Source: a virus (lineage: Duplodnaviria > Caudoviricetes). From it: a stretch of DNA of 64,000 nt. The stretch lies in the IMG/VR virus record IMGVR_UViG_3300021964_010723; one strand, 5' to 3'. The notes beneath the pieces are model-generated. The model made no database searches, was not told the DNA's origin, and worked only from the letters and a program-made list of their open reading frames with translations. Below are positions 29,831 to 39,839 of the stretch, in pieces (within the stretch, counting starts at the first letter, position 1; the number at the start of each line of letters is the position of its first letter). The position numbers and the translations under genes are program-made.

Positions 29831-29838
29831 TATTTATA
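29831..29838 (-). promoter_or_regulatory. T4-type late promoter TATAAATA
   Basis: Exact consensus in the intergenic gap about 33 nt upstream of the tail-fibre start. Confidence 0.6.
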
Positions 29839-29845
29839 TAAAATT

Positions 29846-30130
29846 CTATTTTCTTTTTTTTAGAAAAGTAGTAGTTTTTTTTTGGATATCTTTTTTAATT
29901 TTTTTTGTGTCTAATCTAAAATCAATATCTTGGATAGTGTCTTCGTATTCTTCAAAAAGCTTATATAATGATTCTTCTATATTTGTGTTATCATTATTTA
30001 GTTTACTTTTTTTTACATCTATATCCCAAATTTTATTATCGTTAAATGTTATTCTAACAGAATGCAAATATTTAATAGGTATAGTTGTAAGTTCTAAATT
30101 CTTAAAAATTTCAACCCATTGATCATCCAT
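29846..30130 (-). CDS. Hypothetical protein
   Basis: 94-aa ORF in the tiled - strand run. Confidence 0.7.
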   Translation of the reverse strand: MDDQWVEIFKNLELTTIPIKYLHSVRITFNDNKIWDIDVKKSKLNNDNTNIEESLYKLFEEYEDTIQDIDFRLDTKKIKKDIQKKTTTFLKKRK

Positions 30131-30131
30131 T

Positions 30132-30737
30132 TTAAGACTCTAGAATTTTTTTTACTGTTTTCTTTTTAGTTGGGTGTAGTTTTTCAGCCTCTTCTCTTAA
30201 TCTTTTTGCTTCTTTAAACATTGTATCAGCTTGTGATCTATAGTTTGCAGCTAATGCTTCGTCAGTTAGTGCCTCATTATCAGTTGTAGGTAAATTATCC
30301 TGTATGTCTATTGATTTAGAATTGGCTTTTTTTGATTGAGTAGGTTCTTGATTATCGGCTGTTAGTGCTAAATCGTCTATAGTAACACCTTTTTGCTCTG
30401 CAATTATTTTGTTTAATTCATCTAAAGATATTGAGTTGTTGGTATCAGGAGTCATTTCTACTTCATTTGTTTTGACTTTGATCATTTTTCCAGTAGTATG
30501 AAATCTAGCAAGCATGTTGCTACCATCAGATAATGTACCTCTTGCCATTACTTGGGCAAATTCATATGAATTTTGCCCAGCATTTGATTCTACTAGTTTT
30601 ATTAAACTGTCGTGATCTGCTGCTTCTAAATTTTCTGTAGAAACACATACACATGAAGAAGAATCTCCTGGTAATGTTCGATATGCAACTACTACCTTCC
30701 TTTTAGATTTTTTAAGTCTACCAATGTGTTTAAGCAT
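30132..30737 (-). CDS. Hypothetical protein with C-terminal coiled coil
   Basis: Start reassigned to ATG 30737 (MLKHIG), preceded by GGAGG. Confidence 0.75.
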   Translation of the reverse strand: MLKHIGRLKKSKRKVVVAYRTLPGDSSSCVCVSTENLEAADHDSLIKLVESNAGQNSYEFAQVMARGTLSDGSNMLARFHTTGKMIKVKTNEVEMTPDTNNSISLDELNKIIAEQKGVTIDDLALTADNQEPTQSKKANSKSIDIQDNLPTTDNEALTDEALAANYRSQADTMFKEAKRLREEAEKLHPTKKKTVKKILES

Positions 30738-30963
30738 CCTGTCCTCCGGCTGCTTGTTGTTGAGCAGCAACAGCACTTAAAAAAGTTTCTAATTTTGTGT
30801 AAACTGTACCAATAGTAGTCATTTCATTTGGTTTAAAAGCTCCTCTGCTACTAGCAACATCAATAATTTGCTTCAACGCATTTAAGTCATTTACAGTTAA
30901 CTCTACATTTTGATCGCTTTCTTGCGCATCTGCTTTTTGTTCTTCTACTTGTTTTTCTGGCAT
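30730..30963 (-). CDS. Hypothetical protein
   Basis: Probable start MPEKQ at 30963; AAAGG upstream. Confidence 0.65.
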   Translation of the reverse strand: MPEKQVEEQKADAQESDQNVELTVNDLNALKQIIDVASSRGAFKPNEMTTIGTVYTKLETFLSAVAAQQQAAGGQDA

Positions 30964-30995
30964 AATAATTCCTTTAAAAAAAATGTGTGTTATAT

Positions 30996-31283
30996 TTAAT
31001 AATATTTCAAATGAGGACAAGCCAATGTGAAATAAGAAAGTTCTTTTGGATCTTCAAATCCTATTTGTAGGCATTCTTCAATTTTTTTATTGTTTGTATA
31101 CATTAATGAATTTGAAACATAGAACCTACCTTTTAAATTATTTAATATCCATCTCGAAATTGTTTCTTTCAAATTATATTGTAATGGAATATAGATGTAT
31201 TCAAAATATGACGGAGCAGTATTTGGTTGCCTTACATTATATATGTTAAGATGATTAGGTCTTTTTATTTTAAGCATTGTCAT
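30996..31283 (-). CDS. Hypothetical protein
   Basis: 95-aa ORF coupled to the vWA gene stop. Confidence 0.65.
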   Translation of the reverse strand: MTMLKIKRPNHLNIYNVRQPNTAPSYFEYIYIPLQYNLKETISRWILNNLKGRFYVSNSLMYTNNKKIEECLQIGFEDPKELSYFTLACPHLKYY

Positions 31284-32553
31284 AATGCGTTGTTAATCCA
31301 AATGGTGCTTGAAAGTTTTTGTCATGATAATCATGTATCATAAAAATTGTATCACAGTAATCCTCGTCGCCCCAACTATCCCAAGGATAGCCATCTGTAA
31401 ACATAATGAATTTCTTAGGCTCAATGTCATTCTGTTTCATATACTCCCAATTGCACATAAAATCTGTGCCCCCGCCGCCTTTTGGTTCATATGTATTTAC
31501 ATCATCTCCATTATCAGATGAAAAATCTTGTTCGTTATAAACTTGTGTGTCAAAGCACCAAACTTTAATTCTATAATCTTTATATTGTTGCATAATACCT
31601 TGTAGCTCGCTGAGCATGTCACGAGCTTGATCCTGTCCAATAGATCCGCTCATATCAAGTGCAACACATACATCAATTGTATCCTCAAAGTTCATTCCTG
31701 GCAATACTGCACCGGTATGCCAACCTTTTCTACTTGGGCGAGCAAATGTATAATCATTACGTATAGTAGATTGGATTTGGGTTTGGATAATCTCACGCCA
31801 GTTCATCTTAGGCTCGGTAAGTTCTTGTATCATGCGTTTAATTTCGCCTGGAACATTACCTGCACCTGCAGCTTGTGCAGCCTGCAACATACCTTCTTTT
31901 ACTTCGTCTTTGATTGCTTTGATCTCTTCTGCTGTTAGTTTGCGTGGTCTGCCATTTTCAGAGTCATCATCTCCTGCTCCGGATCCTTGCCCTTCTTGTT
32001 CGGGGCCTTCGGACCAGTCCATATGCTCGTCTAGTAAATCTCCTAACTCCTTAATAAATTCTTCACCCTTTTCATCTGCTTCTTTTTTCAATTCGTCATA
32101 GACTTCTTCACTAGTCCAGCCATCATACTTGTAGTCTTGGAAAATAGGAATCTGTGTGACTTTCTCGCCAATGCGTTCACGTAATAATAGATTGTTTACA
32201 AGATAGTCACAGGCAACGTTGTACAGCATAGGATTGCGATCATCTCTGCGACTCATATGATCATATACACAATGGAGGATTTCGTGTGCAATAACAAATT
32301 CGATCTGTTTTTCTGTAAGTTCGTTAAAGAATTGTGTATTGTAGTAGAGGTGTCTGCCGTCAGTTGCAGCAGTAGGACACCACGCATCGCAGGATTTGAT
32401 TTTAAGACGAGTTGCCATATTGCCGAAAAATGAATGGCGTAGCAAAAGACCTACACGAGCAACAATAATTTTGTCTTCGACCTCCTTGCTCATCTTAGCA
32501 AGTTCTTCTGGAGATAAATCTTTTGGCTGGAATTCTTTTGTGTCAACTGTCAT
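31270..32553 (-). CDS. DUF2201-like putative metallopeptidase with C-terminal vWA domain
   Basis: AATDG..HEILH (HExxH); DMSGS MIDAS motif; GGGTDF; FTDGY. Confidence 0.9.
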   Translation of the reverse strand: MTVDTKEFQPKDLSPEELAKMSKEVEDKIIVARVGLLLRHSFFGNMATRLKIKSCDAWCPTAATDGRHLYYNTQFFNELTEKQIEFVIAHEILHCVYDHMSRRDDRNPMLYNVACDYLVNNLLLRERIGEKVTQIPIFQDYKYDGWTSEEVYDELKKEADEKGEEFIKELGDLLDEHMDWSEGPEQEGQGSGAGDDDSENGRPRKLTAEEIKAIKDEVKEGMLQAAQAAGAGNVPGEIKRMIQELTEPKMNWREIIQTQIQSTIRNDYTFARPSRKGWHTGAVLPGMNFEDTIDVCVALDMSGSIGQDQARDMLSELQGIMQQYKDYRIKVWCFDTQVYNEQDFSSDNGDDVNTYEPKGGGGTDFMCNWEYMKQNDIEPKKFIMFTDGYPWDSWGDEDYCDTIFMIHDYHDKNFQAPFGLTTHYDNA

Positions 32554-32582
32554 AAAGTCTCCTATGATGTAATTATACTTAT

Positions 32583-32611
32583 ATTATATGAGAATGCGGG
32601 TAAGAAGTCAA
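32583..32611 (-). promoter_or_regulatory. Sigma70-type promoter of the vWA gene
   Basis: TTGACT-17 nt-TATAAT, then AGGAG RBS. Confidence 0.8.
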
Positions 32612-32637
32612 GGAAAAAATGGGCGCACTTGGCGCCC
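32612..32637 (-). terminator. Rho-independent terminator after MoxR ATPase
   Basis: GGGCGC-caagt-GCGCCC stem followed by ATTTTTT just after the stop at 32645. Confidence 0.75.
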
Positions 32638-32644
32638 GGTAGGA

Positions 32645-33724
32645 TTAAGCTTGTTGAGCTTTTGTAATGTAACGTCCGAAACGCTCGTGGAATTCATCAA
32701 AGCACTCAATTTCGTCCGGATCGATTGGGAGCTGATATTGTGTAAGTGCAAGTTTTACACCCATAACAACAAGTTCAGTTTCAAAATTATCCATCATAAA
32801 ACGTAAAAACTTGTCAACTTTAGAGTCAAACTTCTTGTCACCTTTGTCACATGCTTCTTTCAGTTCGTAGCACAGTGAAACAGTAAGTGAGTACATTGCA
32901 GAGATCTCTTTTGATTTGATCTCTTTAATCTTACCTTCGAGGATGTCAGTTGGATTAGGCATGCTTGCAGCAACTTTGCGATGTGCAACGAACTTAATAG
33001 CAAGACCCTCTCCGACACACCCTGATACAAGATCAGTTGTAGTTTCGTCGTCGAGATTGTCTTCGAGCAATTCGCTTACAAAACTCCAACTGCGGGGAGT
33101 AGCAAATGAACGATTGGGACTCTTAGGATCAAAATCATACAAATCACGCTTGGCAAACTGTAAAAAGCCTACAACATCCTTGTGGATTTTATTGTCAACA
33201 GCCCAGTTAAACCAGTCGTCGAAGCTTACAGCAAGTTCCAAGTGAACAAAGCGATTAGCAAGCGGAGCAGGCATGCGATAAGTAACACCTTTGTCAGTTT
33301 CTCTGTTACCTGCAGCAACAATATAAACGTTGTCTGGTAGTTCGTAAGCGCCTACACGACGATTAAGGATAAGCTGATATGCAGCAGCCTGTACAGCAGG
33401 TGCAGCAGAATTCATCTCATCTAAGAATAAGATAATAGCTTTGTGTTGTGAAGCCATAGCAGCGTCGGGCAACTCGACTGGAGGAGCCCAGCTCATCTTG
33501 TTGTCTTCTGCAGAGTAATAAGGAATACCTTTGATGTCAGTTGGCTCCCACAAGCTCAATCGGACATCAATCACATGAGCATCAAGTGCATCACCGATCT
33601 GATGCACAATGTCACTCTTGCCAATGCCTGGAGGCCCCCAAATGAATACTGGACGCTTCTTAGTGATAGCATGTGAAATACGTGACTTGGCTTTGTTTGG
33701 GGAAAGTGTTCGTGCAGTATCCAT
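32645..33724 (-). CDS. MoxR-family AAA+ ATPase
   Basis: Walker A GPPGIGKS, Walker B LFLDEMN, AAGN, PLANRF. Confidence 0.9.
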   Translation of the reverse strand: MDTARTLSPNKAKSRISHAITKKRPVFIWGPPGIGKSDIVHQIGDALDAHVIDVRLSLWEPTDIKGIPYYSAEDNKMSWAPPVELPDAAMASQHKAIILFLDEMNSAAPAVQAAAYQLILNRRVGAYELPDNVYIVAAGNRETDKGVTYRMPAPLANRFVHLELAVSFDDWFNWAVDNKIHKDVVGFLQFAKRDLYDFDPKSPNRSFATPRSWSFVSELLEDNLDDETTTDLVSGCVGEGLAIKFVAHRKVAASMPNPTDILEGKIKEIKSKEISAMYSLTVSLCYELKEACDKGDKKFDSKVDKFLRFMMDNFETELVVMGVKLALTQYQLPIDPDEIECFDEFHERFGRYITKAQQA

Positions 33725-33780
33725 TTAGTATCTCCTGGTAGGGTTAAAATGCGCTGCGCTCTGTTACGCAACATAATAAT

Positions 33781-33808
33781 AGTATAGCAGGTGTGTAGGG
33801 AAGGTCAA
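33781..33808 (-). promoter_or_regulatory. Sigma70-type promoter of the MoxR gene
   Basis: TTGACC-16 nt-TATACT with extended -10 TGn; AGGAG RBS. Confidence 0.7.
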
Positions 33809-34050
33809 GAGTTTTTTTGAGAATTTTTTGATAAAATTTCATTAACAAGCTCAGTTTCTATGTCCCATTGCAAGTCTTCTAGCATTATGTCTAGCTTTTC
33901 AAAATTTTCTTTGGCCTGTTTAATTTGTTCGCCTAATTCTCGCTTAAGATCTGAATCGGACATATTTTTGTATGTTTCTATAGCAGTTTTGAAGGTAGAT
34001 GGACTATCCGAAAGTTCAGCTAGTATGTCCTGCAACTCTTTATCAGTCAT
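33805..34050 (-). CDS. Hypothetical coiled-coil protein
   Basis: 81-aa ORF coupled to upstream gene. Confidence 0.65.
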   Translation of the reverse strand: MTDKELQDILAELSDSPSTFKTAIETYKNMSDSDLKRELGEQIKQAKENFEKLDIMLEDLQWDIETELVNEILSKNSQKNS

Positions 34051-34423
34051 ATCTACTCATCGCCTTTGTTAACCCATATTTTTCTAAATCACCACTAAAA
34101 AGATGTAGTTCCATAGATTTCTTTTCATCTGTCACAAAAATACTACTTTGCTCTAGGAAGTAAGGACAAGTTATAAATTGATCAAGGAAAATAATAGTTT
34201 GTGTGGTCAACTTGAGTGTCCTAGGCAACGGTATTTCGTAAAATCTTAAATCTATTTGATTGCTTAGAAAATTAAATCCTTCTTCGGTTAAACGCAGGCC
34301 GCCTTTATCTTTATCTCTAGTATTTTGCCACCATTTTCTTGTATAAAGTTTTAAGGTTGGAGGAGATATAGCTATATCAGCTTGTTTTAAAAAAATTTTT
34401 GTAAATATTTCTTTATTAGTCAT
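34043..34423 (-). CDS. Hypothetical protein
   Basis: 126-aa ORF in tiled run. Confidence 0.7.
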   Translation of the reverse strand: MTNKEIFTKIFLKQADIAISPPTLKLYTRKWWQNTRDKDKGGLRLTEEGFNFLSNQIDLRFYEIPLPRTLKLTTQTIIFLDQFITCPYFLEQSSIFVTDEKKSMELHLFSGDLEKYGLTKAMSRYD

Positions 34424-34697
34424 TTGTAAAATCTACAATCTTTTTTACAGAAAAATCATTTGTTTCAAATAATGAATTTAATTTTTTGGCAAGGTTATAA
34501 GCATGTCCAGGATTAGTAAAACTTGTTTTTTTATATTTTGGTCCGGGATGACTTAACAAGCTATGTCCACTTCTAAGATTAAATGGTTTGTTTTTATATA
34601 CAACCATCCATACAGCTTCTGCATCTAATATTTGTTCAACTCTATAATTTACTTTATTGGTATGCTCAAGTAATATATTTGGTTTTGGTCTACTCAT
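34416..34697 (-). CDS. Hypothetical protein
   Basis: Probable start MSRPKP at 34697. Confidence 0.7.
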   Translation of the reverse strand: MSRPKPNILLEHTNKVNYRVEQILDAEAVWMVVYKNKPFNLRSGHSLLSHPGPKYKKTSFTNPGHAYNLAKKLNSLFETNDFSVKKIVDFTND

Positions 34698-34705
34698 AAG
34701 TGTAT

Positions 34706-34939
34706 TTACCATCCTTTACCACCGTCTACAGTTATTGATATTATTTCTTCTTGTGTTGACTCCTTATCCTTTATTTTTTTATTATATAAATCTGCCAGTA
34801 ATAATGTTAAAACATACGTCAAATTCTTTGCATCTTGTATAGAAAGTCTAATTTCTCTGTCGCGTTTTGCATCTGCTGCTTTTATTAATTTTATAAAATT
34901 TTCTATTGGTATTGTATTTAAAGGTGTATTATTTTGCAT
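34706..34939 (-). CDS. Hypothetical protein
   Basis: 77-aa ORF in tiled run. Confidence 0.65.
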   Translation of the reverse strand: MQNNTPLNTIPIENFIKLIKAADAKRDREIRLSIQDAKNLTYVLTLLLADLYNKKIKDKESTQEEIISITVDGGKGW

Positions 34940-35396
34940 TTTTGTTAGCCAACGCAGATCTCATTTCGATTTTATTTTTAAAAGGTCCTTCGTACTGATA
35001 TTTTTCTATTGTAATTAATTTAGGACAATAACTTTTAACCCATCCTTTATCAAACTTTATAATATAGTATCCTGCACAATAAATACTTTTTGAATTTTTA
35101 CTTTTTGTGAACAAAGGTAATTTTTTTTGTATATTATACATTGCATTAAATGGTTTAACAGACGCTTGATAACCATGTACTTCATTAAAGTGATGTTCGA
35201 CAATTTCTAAATTTTCCCAAACAATTTGTTTCCCAAAATCTGTTTCTACAGAAACAGTGTTATCAAAAAATCTAGTGCCTTTACGATCAGCTAATAAAAA
35301 TTTGTCATCTGCTAAAGAAAGAGTGGCTACTTTTTCACCTTCGTCTTCTAAAATCCAAAATTTACCATTTATGATTTCTTTCGCGTGAACTGTCAT
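34929..35396 (-). CDS. Hypothetical protein
   Basis: 155 aa, overlaps RNase H stop; GGAG RBS. Confidence 0.75.
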   Translation of the reverse strand: MTVHAKEIINGKFWILEDEGEKVATLSLADDKFLLADRKGTRFFDNTVSVETDFGKQIVWENLEIVEHHFNEVHGYQASVKPFNAMYNIQKKLPLFTKSKNSKSIYCAGYYIIKFDKGWVKSYCPKLITIEKYQYEGPFKNKIEMRSALANKNAK

Positions 35397-36385
35397 TGTG
35401 TGTCTCCGTTATAGCTAGAGTTTATAATTTTTGCATATGCATCAGCTTGTTCAGATAATCTATTTAATTCGTGTTTTGCACAGAATTTCATAAATTTGAT
35501 TCCTACTTGTCCTACAGATTTACTAGGTGCATCTAGTATTTTGTTTCTAATTATTTCTTTAATTTCTTGCGGTTGTGCTGTAAGATCACATAGCATAACA
35601 TTTCTATTGTAATCATCCAGTACACGATGTTCAACACCTTCGTGATCAACCCAGCGTTGCAGCATAAGATTGTTCCAATTAAAACCTTTTGACTTTTTAT
35701 CGTCAAATGCTTCGAGCAATCCTACTTTATTTTTTGTACCTTTCTTACGGACGCCTGGATATGCACTGAACACATTATCACTAGTGTCTCCTCGCATACA
35801 TTTTTCAAATAGCAGCCATTCTGGATTGGGTGCAGGTTTAGGTTTTCCTGTTTTGCGATCTTTTACAGGATTACCTTTTTCTGTTAGATATCCATCTATT
35901 GTCGTAGTTTGATTTGTCACACCGTTATACTGTTTAACATTAGGCGATATGAGTTGAGCAAAGTCTCCGTCAGTTGAAATAATTACGTGTTGGTCGCTAG
36001 GATGCTGCTGAATCCAACCTGCGATTAGATCGTCTGCTTCTAGCTGCGGGTCGTGTAATACTGTACAATTAGTTTTTTCTATTATGAAGTCTTTGAATTG
36101 ATCAAATGTTTCCCAAAATGCTTTGTCTTCTTTTGCTTCACGTTCAGTAAGTGCATCACGAGATTCTTGTCTGTTACGCTTGTAAGGAGCGTAAAAATCT
36201 TTACGCCAGCTACGACCTTCTAAACAAAATACTACATGATCGCCGTTAAAATCCTGCCAAGCCTTTTTAACAGAACTTAATGTGACATGTAGCGCCATGC
36301 CTGTTTTCGTTTCAATGTCGCCACGTACAACATGGCGAGCACGGAAGAATGTGTTTGCACTATCAACTAGAATATAAGTTGCCAT
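35393..36385 (-). CDS. rnh: T4-type RNase H / 5'-3' exonuclease
   Basis: ILVDSAN, LEADDLIA, STDGDFAQL, GDTSDNV acidic motifs. Confidence 0.9.
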   Translation of the reverse strand: MATYILVDSANTFFRARHVVRGDIETKTGMALHVTLSSVKKAWQDFNGDHVVFCLEGRSWRKDFYAPYKRNRQESRDALTEREAKEDKAFWETFDQFKDFIIEKTNCTVLHDPQLEADDLIAGWIQQHPSDQHVIISTDGDFAQLISPNVKQYNGVTNQTTTIDGYLTEKGNPVKDRKTGKPKPAPNPEWLLFEKCMRGDTSDNVFSAYPGVRKKGTKNKVGLLEAFDDKKSKGFNWNNLMLQRWVDHEGVEHRVLDDYNRNVMLCDLTAQPQEIKEIIRNKILDAPSKSVGQVGIKFMKFCAKHELNRLSEQADAYAKIINSSYNGDTQ

Positions 36386-36405
36386 ATCTATTTAGATTAG
36401 AATGT

Positions 36406-36735
36406 TTATACTTTAATATACCCGATTCCGCGGTCGTTGTCAACCCCTTGCTCATTTAATATTTGTGTAGCAATAGTCCTGAACCATTGATCGACTAATT
36501 CTTCATTTGTTTCGCCTGTGTAGCCTGCATCAATTAGTTCTTCAATAAATTGATTGTTCCAATCTAATTCAAAGAATCCATTGCGAATATTTTCCGGATT
36601 AACTTGGGTGTCAAGCACTGCCACCCACGCTAGACCTTTTTTTGAAGCAATTTCTTTTTCTTTTGCAAGGATAGATCTACGCTCTTCTTCAGGTGATATA
36701 TGAGTTTTTTGTTTGTTTTTAAACCAGTTTAACAT
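36406..36735 (-). CDS. Hypothetical protein
   Basis: Start at 36735 via TAATG overlap with queE stop; FFELDWNNQF segment. Confidence 0.7.
   Translation of the reverse strand: MLNWFKNKQKTHISPEEERRSILAKEKEIASKKGLAWVAVLDTQVNPENIRNGFFELDWNNQFIEELIDAGYTGETNEELVDQWFRTIATQILNEQGVDNDRGIGYIKV
36415..36443 (-). promoter_or_regulatory. Sigma70-type promoter upstream of RNase H
   Basis: TTGACA-17 nt-TATATT. Confidence 0.65.
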
Positions 36736-37607
36736 TATGTACCCCAACTATTTCCGAATAAATCTACTTGCAGCCTAGGACTATACCTCCAGCCTTTTTC
36801 GAGTGCTAGTGCAGCTACATTTATTTTATTTGCACCATATTCTTCTTTGCACCCACCTACTGGCATAACATATACAGGAACATTTACTGTACCTTCTATA
36901 TATTGATCAACAGCTTTTTTAACATCTTCTATATCAGTTTCGTCTGCTACTACAAATTTAAGATACATTTTACTGTTACGTACATTCAAATATTGACAAG
37001 CTATTTGAGGCTTAATTGCATCACTCCATTTCTCCCCACTTACAGTTAATTTAGGACTACAAGCCCATGTAACTTTGAATTGCTCTTGTTCAGATAAAAA
37101 CGAGAAAAATTTATTGTTAAGCGGTTGTGTTGTATTTGTTTCAATTGTAAGATTCTTAAGATCTGCCATGCCCGGATGCTTGAATAATTCAATCCAAAAT
37201 CTCTGCCAAAGTAAAGGCTCGCCGCCTGTTAGTATAAAGTGTATATCTTGTCCATTATCCATCTGCCACTTTCCTTCTGGTGTTAAACTAAGCAAATGTT
37301 CTACAACTTCATCTACAGTCTTATCCATCATATACTTTTTAAATTCTGGATAGATGCTTGCGTATGTATCGCATCCTGTCCTAACCATAGGTAAATCTTC
37401 AAAGCGATGCACATTTTCCAAAACACCGTCGTCTAAGAACGCACGTACTTCGTCGCTGTACTTTTTCCTTTTTACACCCCTAGGCAGTCCAAAACCTTGA
37501 CAACGGAAGTTACAGCCAAAGCTCCTTAAAAATACGCTAGGAGTACCAATAAAATTGCCCTCGCCTTGTACTGAGTAGAATGCTTCTGAATATCTTAATG
37601 TCTTCAT
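36735..37607 (-). CDS. queE: 7-carboxy-7-deazaguanine synthase (radical SAM)
   Basis: SVQGEG..PSVFLR..GCNFRC, inserted loop then CDT; TGGEP; IETN; CSPK; next to folE. Confidence 0.85.
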   Translation of the reverse strand: MKTLRYSEAFYSVQGEGNFIGTPSVFLRSFGCNFRCQGFGLPRGVKRKKYSDEVRAFLDDGVLENVHRFEDLPMVRTGCDTYASIYPEFKKYMMDKTVDEVVEHLLSLTPEGKWQMDNGQDIHFILTGGEPLLWQRFWIELFKHPGMADLKNLTIETNTTQPLNNKFFSFLSEQEQFKVTWACSPKLTVSGEKWSDAIKPQIACQYLNVRNSKMYLKFVVADETDIEDVKKAVDQYIEGTVNVPVYVMPVGGCKEEYGANKINVAALALEKGWRYSPRLQVDLFGNSWGT

Positions 37608-38275
37608 CGGTGTCCTTTCATACTAAGGCATATGTCATAAAATTCTTGCTTTAGATATGGATCGGATTGGAAAGCACCTAGCATGATTGCGGTAGTCATG
37701 TCACTTTCATGTTCACGAACACCTCTGTGTGTCATGCAGTGATGTTCTGCTTTAACTACAACAGCAACATTAGGAGTCTTTGCATATTCAGATAATGCCT
37801 TTGCAATCTGTGTAGTCATTTCTTCTTGTATCTGCGGACGCTCTGCAATGTGATGTACAAGCCTGTTAAACTTGCTTAATCCAATTACTTCATCTTCTGG
37901 TACAATACCTACCCAACACTTGCCTACGATATTTTGGAAATGATGGGCACAGGTACTACGGATTGATATAGGTCCGCTAGTGTATAGGCTTTTGTACCCC
38001 ATGTTAGGAAATGCGGTAATTTTAGGAACAGGTTTATATCTTCCGCCGAAGATTTCCTGCACATACATTTTCGCTACACGTTTTGCAGTTTCGTTTGTGT
38101 TGTGATCGTTTTCAGTGTCAATTACTAGGCTGTCTAGTACTGCTTTAAATTTTTGTTCTACTTCTTCTTGTAGCAGTTCTATTTCGTATGGGGCAATATG
38201 TTCGCTAATATTGTCGTTGCTGTGGAATCTTACGTTTCGTTCTTTTAGTCTTTGTTTTATTTCATCGCTTATCAT
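37604..38275 (-). CDS. folE: GTP cyclohydrolase I
   Basis: STCAHHF, GLSKFNR, RPQIQE, HHCMTHRGV. Confidence 0.95.
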   Translation of the reverse strand: MISDEIKQRLKERNVRFHSNDNISEHIAPYEIELLQEEVEQKFKAVLDSLVIDTENDHNTNETAKRVAKMYVQEIFGGRYKPVPKITAFPNMGYKSLYTSGPISIRSTCAHHFQNIVGKCWVGIVPEDEVIGLSKFNRLVHHIAERPQIQEEMTTQIAKALSEYAKTPNVAVVVKAEHHCMTHRGVREHESDMTTAIMLGAFQSDPYLKQEFYDICLSMKGHR

Positions 38276-38280
38276 TTATT

Positions 38281-38308
38281 TCTCCGAGTTTGAGACGAGG
38301 ATGTCTAA
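38281..38308 (-). promoter_or_regulatory. Candidate structured 5' leader of folE-queE
   Basis: AGAC-atcctc-GTCT hairpin competes with TCTC-aaactcg-GAGA hairpin that covers the SD. Confidence 0.35.
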
Positions 38309-38314
38309 TAGTTA

Positions 38315-38343
38315 ATTGTATATGTATTTAGAAAATTTGTCAA
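38315..38343 (-). promoter_or_regulatory. Sigma70-type promoter of folE-queE
   Basis: TTGACA-17 nt-TACAAT; the -35 overlaps the rpe stop. Confidence 0.75.
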
Positions 38344-38975
38344 GTTTTTAATTCTTGTATCGCTTTTTTATAATCTGTTTTTTTAAAGACACTACTACCA
38401 GCAACCGCAACATCTGCACCAGCTTCAGCAATCTCTTTTATATTATTACAGTTAATACCACCATCTACAACTATCTTAATATCTTTATTTTGTACAATAG
38501 ACTTAATATTTTTAATTTTTTCTAATTGGTCATGTATAAAAAATTGGCCTCCGAATCCAGGATTTACAGTCATAATTAATATAATATCAATATCATTTAA
38601 TATATAATTTAAAACACTTTCATTCGTTGCTGGATTCAAACTTACTCCTGCTTTTTTACCAGCATTTTTAATAGTTTGAATTCCTCTATGTAAATGATTA
38701 CCTGCTTCTGCGTGAATTGTAATATGGTCAGCACCAGCCTCTGCAAAGGAAATTATATAATTTTCATAAGGCTCTATCATTAGATGCACATCAAATGGTA
38801 TTGATGTGCAATGTCTTACAGATTTCATAACATCAGGACCAAATGATATGTTAGGTACATAATGACCATCCATAATATCAATATGAATCCAATCAGCGCC
38901 TGCTTGACTCACATCTACAATTTCTTGTCCTAATTTACTAAAGTCTGCTGCTAAAATACTGGGGGCAATTAACAT
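38340..38975 (-). CDS. rpe: Ribulose-phosphate 3-epimerase
   Basis: [37 protein letters not shown]. Confidence 0.95.
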   Translation of the reverse strand: MLIAPSILAADFSKLGQEIVDVSQAGADWIHIDIMDGHYVPNISFGPDVMKSVRHCTSIPFDVHLMIEPYENYIISFAEAGADHITIHAEAGNHLHRGIQTIKNAGKKAGVSLNPATNESVLNYILNDIDIILIMTVNPGFGGQFFIHDQLEKIKNIKSIVQNKDIKIVVDGGINCNNIKEIAEAGADVAVAGSSVFKKTDYKKAIQELKT

Positions 38976-38991
38976 ATATATCCTAAATTGA

Positions 38992-39831
38992 TTAATAACT
39001 TTGGTTTAATCTCCAAACCAAATATTCTTTTGCGCCTATTGTTTCGTACTTTTGTTCTCCAACAAGACTGTCAACTTGGACATCATCGCAGGGATGTACA
39101 AAATGAGCGAAACTGTAACGGCTAGTATTGAGGTTAGTATTAACAACACGATGAGGAGTAGAAACATAACAGTCGTTAGTCCAACGTTGTAATAAGTCGC
39201 CAACGTTGACAATACAGGTATTTGGTATGTATGGCGCATCGATCCATTCATTAGTATTCCTAGGTTTAATTTGCAGTCCAGGATTTTCATCTGTAAATAA
39301 TATTGTTACAGTGCCGTAATCAGTATGTTCTCCGCCTCGCATTTGATTTTCCTGTATACTGTCATTCCATTTAGGATAATGTAAAATCCGTGTTGTAGTT
39401 GATTTAGATTTGTTATGTTTTGAAATTAGCTCTAGTTCTGGTAAATCTAATGCTAGTTCTATTAATCTCAGCACTCGATTTGTTAAAACAAATAACTGCC
39501 TATTCCAACTTAAACAGGTATATTTTTGTTCTTGGTTATACCATTGATTATCATTTCTGTGTTCACACCAATTAAAAGCTTCTTTTAAATCTACAGGTGT
39601 ACCTGGAGTTAAACTTTCTATCATACCTTGATAGCCTGTATTGGTTTCAGTAGATTTGTAAGCTATTTTATTCTTTTTTGTTTTACTTAATGAGAAAAAC
39701 TCTTGTGCATGTTTTAAAATATTAGAAATGTTAGTATCTGTTTTAAGATAAGCAAACCCTGTGTCTTTAAAGGCTGCATCTAATTTAAGGTGGGCGTTTT
39801 GATCTTGATAATTTATAACTGGAATTTTCAT
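38992..39831 (-). CDS. Isopenicillin N synthase-family 2OG-Fe(II) dioxygenase
   Basis: [35 protein letters not shown]. Confidence 0.9.
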   Translation of the reverse strand: MKIPVINYQDQNAHLKLDAAFKDTGFAYLKTDTNISNILKHAQEFFSLSKTKKNKIAYKSTETNTGYQGMIESLTPGTPVDLKEAFNWCEHRNDNQWYNQEQKYTCLSWNRQLFVLTNRVLRLIELALDLPELELISKHNKSKSTTTRILHYPKWNDSIQENQMRGGEHTDYGTVTILFTDENPGLQIKPRNTNEWIDAPYIPNTCIVNVGDLLQRWTNDCYVSTPHRVVNTNLNTSRYSFAHFVHPCDDVQVDSLVGEQKYETIGAKEYLVWRLNQSY

Positions 39832-39839
39832 AGTTAGTA

